DNA of 64,000 bases from Cladosporium halotolerans (GCF_011745625.1 NW_027191498.1:62001-126000); one strand, 5' to 3'; positions 1-13,257 are shown, counted from the stretch's first letter. Notes: a model not told the origin generated them from the letters alone. Translations and numbers: made by a program.

Positions 1-128
1 ACGAGTTATCACTAATACTACTAGGTGGGCACTGGAAATCAATTTTTGAGGCACTGGCAATTGGTGGACGGGATATTGAGTGTTCTCTTTCTCACTTCGA
101 GATGCAAATAAATTCATTTACATTCAAC

Positions 129-1585
129 CTAAGAAGTGGCAGCACCGTTCGTAGCAGTAGGCATAGGGACCTTGCCACCGGGCGAGTCGGCTAGCCTTGC
201 GGTAAGAACCTCGACACCGTCCTCTGTCACGAGAAGAGTGTGCTCAAACTGTGCAGTCCTGCTGCCATCGGTCGTCACACTGGTCCAGTCATCCGGCCAG
301 GTCCTATCCTTGTGCGTGCCGAGAGTAATCATGGGCTCGATTGTGAAGCACATCCCGGGCTTTGCCTCGCCGACAGCCTTGTTCTTGGCGTAATGCGGCA
401 CGTTGGGCGCGCAGTGGAAGAGTTGGTTGATACCGTGGCCGCAGTAGGTCTTCACGACGCCGCAGTTGGCGGCCTTTGCAACCTTCTCGATGGTGTTGCC
501 GTAGTCTCTGAAGAGCGCTCCGGGCTTGACGAGCTTGATCGATTCCTCGAGACAGTCGCGAGCGGTCTCGACTACGCGCACGCTGTCGGGGTCCTGGTCT
601 GCCTTGCCGATGTAGTAGGTTTCGTTCAGATCGCCGTGAAAGCCTCCGTGGTAGAGAGTAACATCGATGTTGAGGATGTCGCCGTCCTGTAGGGGGCGCT
701 GGTCGGGAATGCCGTGGCAGATGACCTCGTTGGGTGATGTGCAGACTGACTTGGGGAAATGACAGTAGTTGAGCGGAGACGGGTACGACTGCAGCAGGTT
801 AGCATAACCAGCTCCAGGACGCAATGTCGCAGATTCAGGCTTACGTTTCTCTCCATGCAAGCATCGTGGACGACCTTGTCGATGTGGTCGGTGGTGACAC
901 CCGGCTTGGCCTCACGTGCCGCAATGTCCAACACCTCGCGTGCAAGTCTGCAAACCTTACGCATGCCATCCTGCTCCTGTTTTGTAAGGATCTTGATCCT
1001 GTTTCTTCCAACGAACACCTGAGGTACCGTTAGCTGCCACTATCCGACAAATAGCTCGGCTACTTTCCACCCACCTGCTCGCTCTTAGGGATACCGTGGG
1101 ATGCGTAGTCGGGAAGCCTGATCGAATCGGGAACCTTTCGCCTTGGGCTGAGCGGGTATGAAGGTCTCAGAGAGCCGCTGAAGTTGTAGGTCGGGAAGGG
1201 ATTGAAGTGGCCTGCGGCGTCTGGTAAGGATACGACGCTCGGTGTAATGATGTTGGAGAGCATACTATTTTGCGATTTGTGCAGTTGCTTATGTGTCGAC
1301 TATACCAGTATTAGCCCATGCTCTTCAGTATGCGCCTGGTCTTGCGCCTAGCACCTCCAGCACGCTCGACCAGGCTCTCTCTCTCCTGTGCCCTCCTCTT
1401 TGCGCGAGAGCACAACACTAACCTACCCAGTTCCTCTTGAAGCACTCCTGACCGCAGAAGTACGACTCCTTGCCCAGCTTTTGGCAGGTCGGGCACTGTA
1501 GAGCGCCAGCATCGTTTCCGCAGTCCTCGCCCTCGCACTTGCGTGCCTGCTGGACTGTCACCTCTTTCGCAGGTGCTTGGTCCAT
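129..1585 (-). CDS. MAP1: Methionine aminopeptidase 1 (zinc-finger N-terminus plus M24 catalytic domain), 4 exons
   Basis: Spliced reading from ATG 1585: [39 protein letters not shown] (zinc finger). Three GT-AG introns with CTAA(C/T) branch sites. Catalytic motifs [44 protein letters not shown]. Confidence 0.96.
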
Positions 1586-1917
1586 GATCGACGGTTTTAT
1601 ATTCGAGTTGTGTGATGGCAGTCTTCGATTGTTTCAAACCTCCTTTTCTGAAGGTCGTTCCGGAGTCCGTAGTTGGGAAATCGTGCTGTCTACGGGCCCG
1701 GCCGAGAAATCGATTTATTGCTTACAGTTCGGCACGCCCTGCAGACAGATGCGGCACAGAGCCCGCAGCTGTGGCGTCGGGTCGGCGCGCGGCAGTGGCT
1801 GAAGCTGGAAAGCGCATGCGCGCCGTCACATGCAGATCGTCGGAACGACCAGTCGAGACGACAGGAAATCGTGAAGCTGTTGACATCCGCAACCACAAAC
1901 CCAATCACGATCGCACC

Positions 1918-2871
1918 ATGTCAATTCTCGTATGGCCACCCGTAAGCGACGCAGACCTCTCTAAAGAAATCGAATCTACATCAGCACGGGAATTAGAATG
2001 GCTCCTATCTGCTCTCCAAGATACCTTAGCATCGCTCAAGGCAGGCCTCGAAGAATGCGCCGCGCTCCTTGCACCAACCGAACCGGGCTCGACTCTCGTA
2101 TTATCCTCGCTACGGAGTGAGAATCTCAAAGGCTACATCACCCGACTTGGTGGACGAATCGTCAAAGGCGACATTCAACTCCGTCTGCCCTCACTCCCAC
2201 CGCCGCGAGGGCAGAACGCATACCGGCTTTCGGTGTCATCACAACCCACCGCGCCGACGATAGTACTAGAGCAACTTACGACCACCAGAACTCTCATAAA
2301 CGCATGCTTGGACGTAGTAGATGCGACACGCTGGACAGGCGATGCGAACAACGCGAACTTCATCTCCGGCCAGCTCAAGCTCCTACACGATAACATTCAA
2401 GAGGCGAAGGCAGCGTTGAAGGGCGGATCAGAGGGACAAAAGGGAAAGACATGGTACGAGGATCCACTTGATTCGAATGTGTTCGACCCTCCCTTGCCGG
2501 GGAACGTCTCGTTCCACTTGTCAATATCCGAAGCCGCGCTCCTTCTACACGTGCGGACATTGGAGGCTGCGTATCCGATCACAGGGACCAATACCCCGTT
2601 GTCGACGTCGAGTGGATCTTACACTGGCTTCTCTTTGCGCGAGAGATTGGCGACGGCCTTGACGGGCGGGAGACCTGCGTTCCACGACGAGGCGCATGAG
2701 GTGTTTTCGTACAGAGGACAGGAGGTTCGCGTGCGGGACAAAGTGCGAGTCGAGAGTCAGGATCCCAGTCTGATATCTGCTATGGCGAAGCTGGGAGCGT
2801 TGGAACGAAACATTGCCCTGTCCAGGCGCTCGCTTGATGTGGTAATGGGGCACGATTCAGACGACTTATGA
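1918..2871 (+). CDS. RAV2: RAVE complex subunit 2 / Rogdi-family protein
   Basis: MSILVWPP..ARELEWLL..LKAGLEECAALLAP..STLVLSSLRSENLKGYITR..VRVRDKVRVESQDPSLISAMAKLGALE matches the fungal Rav2/Rogdi pattern. It is divergent from MAP1 across ~330 bp. Confidence 0.85.
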   Translation: MSILVWPPVSDADLSKEIESTSARELEWLLSALQDTLASLKAGLEECAALLAPTEPGSTLVLSSLRSENLKGYITRLGGRIVKGDIQLRLPSLPPPRGQNAYRLSVSSQPTAPTIVLEQLTTTRTLINACLDVVDATRWTGDANNANFISGQLKLLHDNIQEAKAALKGGSEGQKGKTWYEDPLDSNVFDPPLPGNVSFHLSISEAALLLHVRTLEAAYPITGTNTPLSTSSGSYTGFSLRERLATALTGGRPAFHDEAHEVFSYRGQEVRVRDKVRVESQDPSLISAMAKLGALERNIALSRRSLDVVMGHDSDDL

Positions 2872-3020
2872 GCTTAACGCGGCACAGTCACGTAACAATT
2901 GCTTGGTATCAGCGCAGCACATCATTATTCGTGTCCGAACCATTATTTACATCCAATGAAAATCATCAAATCACTCGTACGCAGCGATGCTCCAAGCCGA
3001 CCGCAAGGGTGCACGCAAGC

Positions 3021-4005
3021 TTACTCTCCTCCGCCGCCGTCATCTCCGCCACCATCCATACCATCATCGTATCTGTGCGAGAGGTTAGCATGCCATGTTA
3101 CATCCCAAAATTGGCCTCGTTTTTGACCTACCCGTCCTGATACGCTTCCTGCTCATCGTGGTCGTTGGCCATCATACCGCCTACCATCATACCACCCATC
3201 ATACCAGCACCCAAACCAAGTGCCGCTCCGCCGCCGGCTCCAAGTCCTCCACCGTGTCTCCTAGGCGGGCCGTACATGCCCTGCTGAGGATAGCCGCCAT
3301 ACATGCCACCGTGGTGGCCTCCCATGGGATACCCGCCGCCGTAGCCTTGCTGAGGGTATCCGCCGCCGTAATGCCCTTGCTGCGGGTATCCTCCTCCTCC
3401 CATGTACTGCTGAGGCGGCCGCGAGCCGCCTCCGCTAAGCTTAGACGAGATCTTCGAGAACAGGCCCTTCTTGCCCGACTCCTGTCGCGGCGGCAGCTGG
3501 TTCTGGCCGTAGGGGCTAGGGCTCCCGGCTCCGTACTGCTGCTGCGGCGGGCCTCCGTAGAAGTTATCCGACGCGCCGCGATGCGCCGCCGACCCGCCCG
3601 CCTGCTCTTGCTGCTGCAGCCGCCGCGCCATGGCCTCGTCGCTCTCGTACGGCTGGTTCGCGGGCCCGGGACTCTGGCCGTAGGGATTGTTGCTCGCGAA
3701 CGCCGCGCTCTTCTCAGGCGGCGCGCCGGTCGACGAGCCGTGGTCGTAGCCAGGCGGTGCGCCGGGCGGCGCCCCCTCGCCCGGCGCGTACGCGGGCTGC
3801 GTGGGCATCTCCCATGTTGTTTCTTTGGTGACCGTGTTGGCGTAGAACCACGCCTGGTACTGGTCGTTCCAGATCGCTTTCCAGCCCGCGGGGACCTGTG
3901 GAGGCGGTGGGCCCTGTGCGGTGCATGCGCGGTTAGTTGCTGCTATGCGCTGGTGTTGGCGACCGGGGTGCGGGGGCTTACTGAGGGTGGCGCGAACTCT
4001 GACAT
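3021..4005 (-). CDS. WW-domain, Gly/Pro/Gln/Tyr-rich protein (Wwm1-like), 3 exons
   Basis: MSEFAPPS|GPPPPQVPAGWKAIWNDQYQAWFYANTVTKETTWEMP is a WW domain. It is followed by GGGYPQQG repeats and GLGAGGGAALGLGAG; the last exon encodes YDDGMDGGGDDGGGGE* (TAA 3021-3023). Confidence 0.88.
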
Positions 4006-6249
4006 GCTGTTGCGCCGGGTTCCTTGTGGTTTGTGTGACCGTTGGTCTGTTGTGTGTTTACTCGGTGATGGCGGCAGGTGTCGCACGGGAAGGGTGGGCT
4101 AGATATGGCGCGCCACCGTTGCCTTCAAGACGACCGATTCCTTTCTGCTGTCGTCATGCTGGCTTGGAGCGGGGTGGCGCAGCGGGGCAGTCCAGCTGCG
4201 CCCAGAAGAAGCGAGATTGGCAAAGTTGCTTTGTCGCATCGCCGTCCCGCGGATTCGGGAGGATGAAAACGATTTACCGCGATGGCTATGCAGCTCTGGT
4301 GACTTGAAGAGACATACGAACCGGAGTCGCATGGACTGCTGAGCATTCCACCAGATTGGTAGGATCGCTAACCGTGCGAGTTGCACAAGCTTGATCTTGG
4401 CTGTGTTGACTGTTATGGCTGGGGTGGTTTTTGAGTTACGGTAGTGTCATGGGTATGTCAGATGCGGCGTCTTCAGGCTCTTGGGTAGAAGAGGGCTACA
4501 GGAGTAAATGATTGGTCTGCATCCGTCGAGAGAGTTCGATTAACCTGAGATGGGCATGCCAGAAACCTGTAGCCCATAAAACGGCCACGTGCTGGTGTGC
4601 TTCTTGTGCAGGAAGCACCCAGGCGCTTGACATCAGTGCTACCTTATGGAAATGATGATTTCCATGCCATGTTGACTCACGGACGATCAAAGTCATTTGC
4701 AACTACATTATCCTAATGCCTTTCCAGATTTACCGCGGTCATGAAAGCACCTGCACCAGTCCATCCGTGCGACTTGTTTGGGCGTTGCTCAAAGAGCTTG
4801 GGAAGATCAATGTCATGTCCCGATATATCTGCAGGATCGTACAATGTCCTCTAGGTTCTTTCATCAAATCCATCATATAGCGGTGGTAAAGTCTTTGACA
4901 CTGAACAAGCCGATCAACCGTGTTGATGTCGTGGTCGACGTGAGCATTTGGAGATCCTAGGGTTAGGGTTGGGGTCATAAGTCGATAAACGTTTGTCAAG
5001 GCCGTGGCTTAGAGTCGCTTCGCCATGGTGAATGCGGCCGCACTGGAAGCTACTCTGTGATCGAATTTTCCTTCGTTAGCTCCTTACGATCCCTTCACTG
5101 TATGATATCGAGGTGCTGGTGAATGCTCGAGTCCATCTGCCCTCGACGGTCGGCGCGGACCGGACCCAGGCCCTTGGCTCACGTGCGGCGACCGGTTACG
5201 TTGCAGTGGGCTGTCGCAGTGGGTCCGCGTTGCGATTGAGCTCCGACGCCCGTACTTCGCGTTACGCTGACGGACGTCGCGCCTCACCTTCTGTATATCA
5301 CTACCCATCTCCTATCAACATCCATACCGGACGGGCGCCGGGAGGCTTTGGCTGAGCTGTTGCTGCGAGGACACGGCCGGCGAAGCAACGCAACCCAGGC
5401 GGGAGTGCGATGGAGGATCCCCAGACAGCAAGCGCCATTCGAGTCCAGCCCTGCAAGAATACTCCTGCGTAGCTGCTTGACTTTGCAATAGCATTGCGCC
5501 TACCTTCTAGCCGAATTCCTGGTGAGTTCTGCTGATGTCCTCATCACGCCTTCACGCGATGGCGTACCGCAGTGGAGGACATCACCGCCACAATGCCGCG
5601 CAAAAAGTACCGTGCGCTGGACCTACAGCAACTAACTTCGCCCCGAAGATCCAGATCGCTATCCGATCGCGCGTGCGATCATCTTGACAGAAGCGACTCC
5701 CTTCTCTCAGAGAATCGCAATTCAGCGCTCGTCAACACTTCATCAACCAATTCGGAGTCGCTCAAATTACCGAATACCTGTATCCTGGGACCGTCTTCAC
5801 GCCAGGCTCTTGAGCTATTACGTTTTGGATCTGCAAGCAAAGCCATCGAAACACCTGCCGCAAGTTCAAGTCCTTCGCTTGTGAAGCCGTTGGAACCTCG
5901 CATATTCCTGGACAGCGAATTTCCGCCCTTAAGTCAGTCTTTGTCACACCCTCCGCACAGCGGTCACCCAAGGCGCTGCGTCACGTCGCCGGAGTTGGGA
6001 CACCAACCGCACCCATTACTTTCACCGTCTGTCTCCTCCTGGACCTTTGACACCTGTTCTGAAGGAACGGTTCCCCTTGATTTGATCTCAAACCCAGACT
6101 GCGGGCTGGACTTGCATCTTGCCCCAAACTCTGCGCAAACTTCCATCGAGAGCACGGAATTACTCCCGGTGTATAGTCGGGATACACTTCCGCGCTCAGA
6201 ATTGTGCGCTGTGTCAGCAGACTCGGCAAAGCGTTCGTTTCGGAATGAT

Positions 6250-8524
6250 ATGGCCTCTGCCTTTCCGCAGATGTCTGGAGATGCGCGGCGGCATTATCCG
6301 TCGGGGTCAAACCGATATGAGAACCGCCCGCCTGTGAACCGCCAAACATCTTGCAAGAATGGCCCACTTTGTAGAAAATTCCAAGAAGGTCGGCTCATGT
6401 GCTCCTGTATAGGCCCATGCGGGACAAGAAGCTCATCCGTCGCAGGTACCTGCCCATTCAACCATGATTTCTCTTCAACTTTACCACCGGCAAATGGTCT
6501 CGGCGTGTTCGTTGCCCGTCCCACGTATTCCCTGTTCAAAGCTAAGACTCGCTTGTTAGCCCGAAGAAATCCTTCAATGTCGAGTCGCCGTCTTTCACGC
6601 CGAAGACACTTGCAGCGCAGCCCGCCGCACCGCAAAGTAAGAACATGGGCATTTCGCCCAAGGCTGCTGCTGCTGCCACATTCACCCCTCGGGGCTCAGG
6701 TACGCAGAAGCCCGGTCGTAAAGAACGTCGGGTAGCGCCGCAAGGCTCACAAGTCGAAGGCACGGTGACACCTGCATCCGCATCGCACTCAAAGGCTCCG
6801 TCGAACGAATTCGTTCCTCAGCAAAACTTTCAGAATACCTTTCAGGAGTTCGTTCCACAGAACTTTGTCTCGGCCCAACAGGTAGGTTTGAGATCATCAG
6901 GAAAGAACCGGTTTATGAAGGCTGGGCTGACAGCCATCAGGTCGACCCACAACCACAGCTTGGTACACCTATCAGTGCCTTCGCAGATCCCTTCTTGGCT
7001 ACTCAGGCGCTTCAAAGCCTGGACGGCAGCCAGGCGACCATCAATCCATATGCCGAAACTACACCCGCCGTTGGCGCGCAAGCGTTCTTCCAGGATACTT
7101 CGAGCTTCAGGCACCCTCTAAACTATCACTTGTATGCTTCACTGGGCCCTAGGCGAGACCAGATGATGCTTTACCAGCGAACAGCCGCCGACTTCTTCAT
7201 ACCGGACGACCTTCGCGAAGATCTCCAGCGAAAAGCGGAAGCGACGCTTCAGACGTTCCCTAATAGCACGTTGCCACAGAACGTGGACAATCACTTCCAT
7301 TCGCTGGTTGCCTTGGACTCTGTAAACTCGAGAACTTCCGCTACATTTGGATATCCAAGCTGGATCTACAAGGCCACATCGAGCATCGATGGCAACACAT
7401 ACGCACTGCGAAGGATTGAAGGATTCCGATTGACGAGCGACCAAGCCATCAATACCAAAACGACCTGGAAAAAGGTCAACAACGGCAACGTGGTCCGAGT
7501 GCATGACGCATTCACCACTCAAGCCTTCGGAGACCGGTCACTGGTGGTTGTACTTGACTATCACCCAATGGCTCAGACTGTGACAGACAAGTTCTTCTCG
7601 CGCGCCGCCATCGCTAGCAGAAACAACCAGATCATCCCCGAGCAAGAAATTTGGGGTTACATTGTCCAGCTCTCAAACGCTCTGAAAGCCATTCACTCTA
7701 ATGGTCTGGCAGCAAGGACTTTGGTACCATCGAAGGTCTTGGTCACCTCGAAGAATCGTCTACGCTTAAGCGGCTGTTCCATTCTGGACATTGTCCAATT
7801 CGAGCAATCATCGTCGATCATAGAGCAGCAGCAAACGGACCTCCGAGACCTGGGACGCCTCATGATTGACATTGCAACTCGCAATTCTGCCGCCCACAAC
7901 AACCCTGCAAAAGCGCTGGATCTGGTCAGTCGAAGCTATACTGACAGGTTGCGAGCCTGTCTACAATGGCTGCTCGCTCCGCCTCAAGTGGACCCGCATA
8001 CACCCACTGAGGAAGCCATTGCCGCAAGTGCCGAATACAACGTCAACACATTGATCGGCAACATATCAGATCACGTCATGAATACTTTCGACAGCAGCCT
8101 GTCGCACGACGACGACTTGACTTCGAACTTCATGACGGAGCTCGAAAACGGCCGCCTAGTCCGCCTGCTGACAAAGCTCAACGCCATCCTCGAGCGACCT
8201 GAATCTTCCGCTCCTAACTCCTCAAACAACCCCTCTCACATCAACCAGCCCTCGAATACTTGGAGCGAGACAGGCGAACGCTACTACCTGAAACTCTTCC
8301 GCGACTACGTCTTCCACCAAGTCGACCACGACGGCCGCCCGGTCCTCGACCTGGGACATATGATTACATGCCTGAACAAACTTGACGCTGGCATCGACGA
8401 GCGCATTCAGCTGGTCAGCCGCGAGGAGCAGAATATCTTTATCGTCAGCTACCGCGAACTTAAGAGAGGCGTGGAGGCTGCGTGGGGAGAGCTCAGTCGA
8501 GGCAACAGGAGCGGGAGGAGATGA
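6250..8524 (+). CDS. PAN3: PAN2-PAN3 deadenylase subunit PAN3 (CCCH finger, PAM2-like motifs, pseudokinase, C-terminal knob)
   Basis: MASAFPQ..CKNGPLCRKFQEG|TCPFNHD (CCCH), SFNVESPSFTP, FFIPDDLREDLQRK, ELENGRLVRLLTKLN, WSETGERYYLKLFRDYVFHQVD, CLNKLDAG. About four short 5' introns. Confidence 0.95.
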
Positions 8525-8809
8525 GGCTTCTCCGCAAACATTGAAGCCAGCACTCCCGCTGAAGAGCAAAACACGAAACTTGAAGAGATGGGGGCCAGCG
8601 AGGGAGTGGAGCGTCAGGTTGAGAGAGAGGTGAGTGAAAGCAGAAGGTTGGGTTATCACAGAAAGTGCTTTCGCGAGCAGAAACCAAGTTAGATATACTC
8701 TAGTTACTCAGAAACAATTCAATCCCGCGTTTTTAGATCAGAGGTCTCTCCATTCCATTCCCGGGCTCCTCGGAAGGCCAAAGCCGCTGAGTTCGAAGGT
8801 GCCAGGGTC

Positions 8810-9363
8810 ATGGCTGGGTCTTGGGGATGTTTGAGCTTCGACTTCATCCCGATGCAGAATGTACCACACCCCTTGGAACCAGCCGACTGGGGATTCCAGA
8901 CCGTCTCAATAAGTTGGCCCGGCGCGAGCGATAAGGAGTGCAGTAATGCTGAGAAGCACAAGCAACTCAAGGCCGTTGCGGCAGAGTTGGCGGAGTAGCA
9001 CAGGTCCGCGATCTTATGGATCCCTGAGGATGGCGAGATCTTGTACAATGACCTGGGCTTCTGGATTCTGGAGCCGTGGGATAGTTGTGGTGGCCGGGTT
9101 ACTTTGGCTGGAGACGCGGCGCATAGCACGCCGCCGCATCGCGGACAGGGGCTGAATAACGCTCTGCTGGATGCTTGGATACCGTGCAGGCGATGGAGGA
9201 AATCGTCGCTGGTGAGGTGAGACAGGACGAGGAAATTCAGCGGCTCAGCGACGAGATTGCGGAGAGAGAGGTACGAGGGAGACGAGGTCGAGCATGGAGA
9301 GTGCTTCGGGGAGTTTTGGTATCGACAACCTGGAGAGTACTCCTCTTTTCAAGGAGGGCCTGA
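8810..9363 (+). pseudogene. Degenerate FAD-dependent monooxygenase, C-terminal fragment
   Basis: Reading through an in-frame TAG (8996-8998) gives HRSAILWIPED..PWDSCGGRVTLAGDAAHSTPPHRGQGLNNALLDA, the second FAD fingerprint of flavoprotein hydroxylases. A frameshift follows near 9178. No N-terminal GxGxxG region is seen upstream. Confidence 0.8.
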
Positions 9364-9701
9364 ATAAATCGAAGGGTATCTAGGTCTATGGTTGCTCGAA
9401 GCGTGTATACAAATAAAGAGATGTATGTATTTCAACAGAAGAGAAGGCCAGATGGTGTCCGACAGTCGAATTTGACCGACCACTCTGGCAAGTTCGAACG
9501 CCGCCATGAAGTTTGCAAGGCAAATTTGTGCATCGTTCACCAGACAGAGTAGCTGGCGCAGGGCAAAAGTCCTTGGCACTTGATAAGCTAGGCGAGGCGA
9601 GTAAGTTGGCGAGCAAAGAGGATGAAGAATGTTGGCGCTCAGAAGTGAAAATATAAATCTTTGCTTTTGAAAAAAGGCCGTAATCTCATAGTCAACTTGA
9701 C

Positions 9702-11323
9702 TTAGTTGCCAATCTTGTAACCACCCGGCAGCAGCTTCTGGAAGACCCTGTTAGGGTCGACCTTGCGGGAGATGTCAAGCAGACGCTGCTGGTTCTCCGC
9801 GCCGTAGCCGTCATAGATGGTCTGGAAGTAGGTGGAGTCGCCCATGTAGGTGAAGGGGTCCCAGAGGCCGGCATCCTGGGTCGCGTTGGCGATGGTCCAG
9901 GTGGTGTTCTTGACCCACTCGTGGACCTGCTCGTCGTACTGCGTGCCGTTCCACTCGACAACCTCAGCCCAGGCCATGTAGGTGCCCTTGGTCTCTGGGT
10001 CGAAGCCGAGGGCGTTGCCGCCCGGGTTGGCCTTCTGCGAACCCTTGTACCAGAGGTCGCCAAGAGGCTGCCAATCGACGCACACAAGGATCAGGTCCTC
10101 CTCGGGAACGATGGCCTGAAGGGCGGGGACGGCCTCGAGGAAGAGGTCGTTGACGATCTGGACACCACGAAGAATGTCTTCGTAGGTCTTGCCAACGTGG
10201 GTGCCGGCGATGAACATGTCGTTGATGTGGGGGATGACGAGCTCACCAGTCTCATCGGCGAACTCAGCCTGGGTCTTGAAGGCGACAGTGCTAGAGACAG
10301 AGGGAATCTCGAAGAAGGGAGCGAAGCAGTCCGGCTTCTCAACATCAGGGCTGTCGTAGAAGAGGATGGCAGCACCAACGGTGGCGTTACCCTGCTGGAT
10401 GACTTGGGGGACGACGTGGGCGAGCGGATCAGTGTTGTACTGAGAGAAGTTGGCGGTAGCCTAAGTGTATAGTCAGTAAGTGCCAAGGGGGTGTGACGCA
10501 GTAATGGAGGGCTCTTGGCTTACCTTGAGGAAGGCATCCATGTCAGTAACAGAGTAAACACCAGCGAGAACCTGAGTAGAGGGGAAAGTGTTGAGCTTGA
10601 ACTTGGTCACAATGCCGAAGTTGCTGCTACCACCCTTGAGAGCCCAGAAGAGATCAGGGTCAGAACACGCGGTGGCGTACTTGACGGTACCATCAGCCAT
10701 GACGATCTCGTACTCGATGACATTGTCAGCAGCCCAGCCATGCTGGTTGCCCTGGAAGTTGACGCCGCCAGCAAGAAGGAGACCAGGAACACCAACGGGC
10801 GAGAGACGGCCACCAGCGGCAGTGAGGTTGTAGTCGCTGAGGTAAGAGAAGACAGTACCCCAGTCGTGGCCGGGACCAACCCAGGCGTACTTGTCCTCCT
10901 CGTTGACCTCCAAAGCGGTCAGGTTGGACATGACGAACAAGGGACCGTCATCGATGTTGTTGGAGCCCTAAACGTGTCTCGTCAGCCACGACGGACCGGC
11001 GTCTCAGGATGCTGGGATTCACAAACCTTGATAGCCATGTGGCCACCGCCACGAACGGCAAACTGGGTGTTGGTGTCCTGCATGATTTGGACAGCCTGGG
11101 CGACCTCATCCGCGGTGGTCGGACGGAAAACGCATTCCGGGTCCATCAGCTCATTGTTGGACCAGAACTGGGTGGACTCGTAGTTGTAGACATCATCGCC
11201 ACGGTAGTAGATGGTGTTAGGGACATGCTCGCTGAGGGCGTCGCAGCCATTGGAGTTGCTCTGTCTCTTGACGGAGGCCGCGGCCGCGGCCTGGAGTAGC
11301 AATGGCGCGACAAGGGACAACAT
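9702..11323 (-). CDS. Secreted FAD-linked oxidoreductase (BBE-like / VAO family), 3 exons
   Basis: Signal peptide plus KR site; PECVFRP, FAVRGGGH (covalent-FAD His motif), GVPGLLLAGG, DLFWALKGGSSNFGIVTKF, C-terminal GYGAENQQRLLDISRKVDPNRVFQKLLPGGYKI. Confidence 0.93.
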
Positions 11324-13257
11324 GGCTGTTGCAGACGTGCAGATCGAAGATGATGACCAGTTTCAGGGAGCGGGACAGCGATCAGCTTTTAGCAATGGCA
11401 CGCTTAGCAAGGAGACTATTGCCACCCGAGTCTTCAGCGATTCTCAAGCGGCCTTCATCTCACAGATGAACGGCGTGAAGATCTCGAGTCAAGCCGTTGC
11501 TGGAATCAGAGCAAACGCCGGAACCCTTGTGAGGGCTTTCCGGCCCTCCACTGCTTCGTGGGTCCCAAGGTGGAGCCCAGTAGACGCTTGCACAGACACT
11601 AAGCTCGTAGGGAAAATTGGCCGCCTCTGGCAAGAGACGGACACGAATAAGCGAGCATCTCTCTCTAGTTGTTCAGCGAGCTTACATGCCGTCCTCTCGT
11701 CCGCAGAGCCGAGGATCCATTGCCTTGGGTCACTTCGTCCGGGAGCTGGTGCTGGCCGAGGAAAAGAGCCGTGGCCGCTGGGTACGGCGCCATCACGCTA
11801 TGCAGAGCGGTGGATGCAGACGGCTCTCCCAAGCATTCGGCCAAGTCTAGCCTCGCGCACTGTCGCCGTGTTGGCCGAGTTTCTTGTCAGAGCAAAGGGG
11901 ACGTCGAGGATGCCTGCTGTGCGGCGGCAGCGCGCATGCTTCTATGCAGGCACGCGCGGCATGGCACCCTGCATATGTATACACAATGGCAAAAACGTGA
12001 ATGCAGGTCCCACCGAGGCGAGGTTGCTGGCGGGTGGCTTGAAGGATGATCTGGCTTCATGCCAGGAAAATCTTCAGGTCCTGTGGCGGCATTGGCTGAC
12101 GCCGTGGCTGGCCCCTGCCGGAGAATCGCACTTAAAAGTCGCACAACACTCTTGCGACCACCGGGACTTCCCAGATCATCAGATCCGTCCCGGCGACGAC
12201 CGCAACCGGATCAAACATACCAATTCGGAGCGTACAGTATGTATGCAAGGCAAGTTTTTGCGAGGCCTCGCCAGGTCCCACCTCTCCACGGCCACGTTTT
12301 TCACACCACGGTGCCGGCCTGTATGCCAGCCTTTGATGGAGACCGTGTCCTGCGATTCAGCGCCCGGACGACGCCACGTGGAACTATTTCGTCCCGCTCG
12401 TGGAAAATAACACAAGCCACTGATTCACTGTCAGTCAGCCCTGCCGAGGAATGGCCTTCGAACCTCGGCCACTTGCCGGATCGCACGGCGCAGGCGAGAA
12501 TCGCTATCAGGGAGGCGAGGGAGGGCTGCTATATATGCGGTGGGAGATAGATCAACCAATCTTCCAGGCGTGCCAGGGCGCGCGCCAGGTTGACGGAGAG
12601 ACATGCGCGAGGACGGGGTCTCGGACCTCCAGCGATCCCTTGTCAACTCGAGCTCGCGGGACTCCAGGCACGCAACCCAGAAAATTGGAGATGGTCCGTG
12701 AGCCTATGGCGATGAATGGGGCGTCTCCGATGTGAATCACCGACTCCACTCACAGTGCAACATGGGCGGATACGCTTGAGCTCTAGAATACCTATGGGCC
12801 CTTGAAAGACCCCACGATACTCTGCTCCGCGGCCTCTACGCCATCGCTCAAGCATTCGGTCGTTTTTGGAACATGCGCCGACCGTTAGAGAAGTCTCTCG
12901 GATGCTGCACAAAGTTACGGGCCTACGGCTGAGTACCACGCCGACTTGTAGGCTTAACAGCCACTAGCAAAGTTTGGCGATTAATGGTCCTAGAAACACC
13001 AGCGTGACCACCTACTATCAATCGTGCTTGCGCTATACCCTTGGACCCACGCCACGCTAGCCGGGGTCTTGGAGATCACCTCCTTAGCAAATTCGGCTCC
13101 GGACTGTGGTGCAAGAGCGGCATCACGTACCACCTTGGGAGCATGTTTGGCAATCCTTAAAGGATCTCTTCCCTGCCCGACGCCATGATCATTGTGCTCA
13201 CTGACCCTACACAGCGCCAAAGCATTGCATCGACCCTGGCGCATCAGAACAATCATC

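Noticed and set aside
1612..1917. 102-codon upstream in-frame extension of RAV2
   Set aside because: It begins at a non-ATG codon, spans the whole GC-rich MAP1/RAV2 bidirectional promoter, and the family-like sequence starts at 1918.
3095..4102. 335-aa plus-strand ORF
   Set aside because: Antisense shadow of the GC-rich WW-domain gene.
4958..4974. Telomere-like TAGGGTTAGGGTTGGGG; similar CCCTAACCCTAACCCTGA at 51819-51836
   Set aside because: Only about 2-3 units each. Considered as a telomerase RNA template or telobox, but there is no supporting structure and the 51.8-kb gap is too small for a Pezizomycotina-size telomerase RNA.
11211..12410. 399-aa ORF overlapping the FAD oxidase start and promoter
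   Set aside because: No domain-like sequence, Arg/Ala/Cys-rich random composition, and antisense overlap with a well-supported gene.
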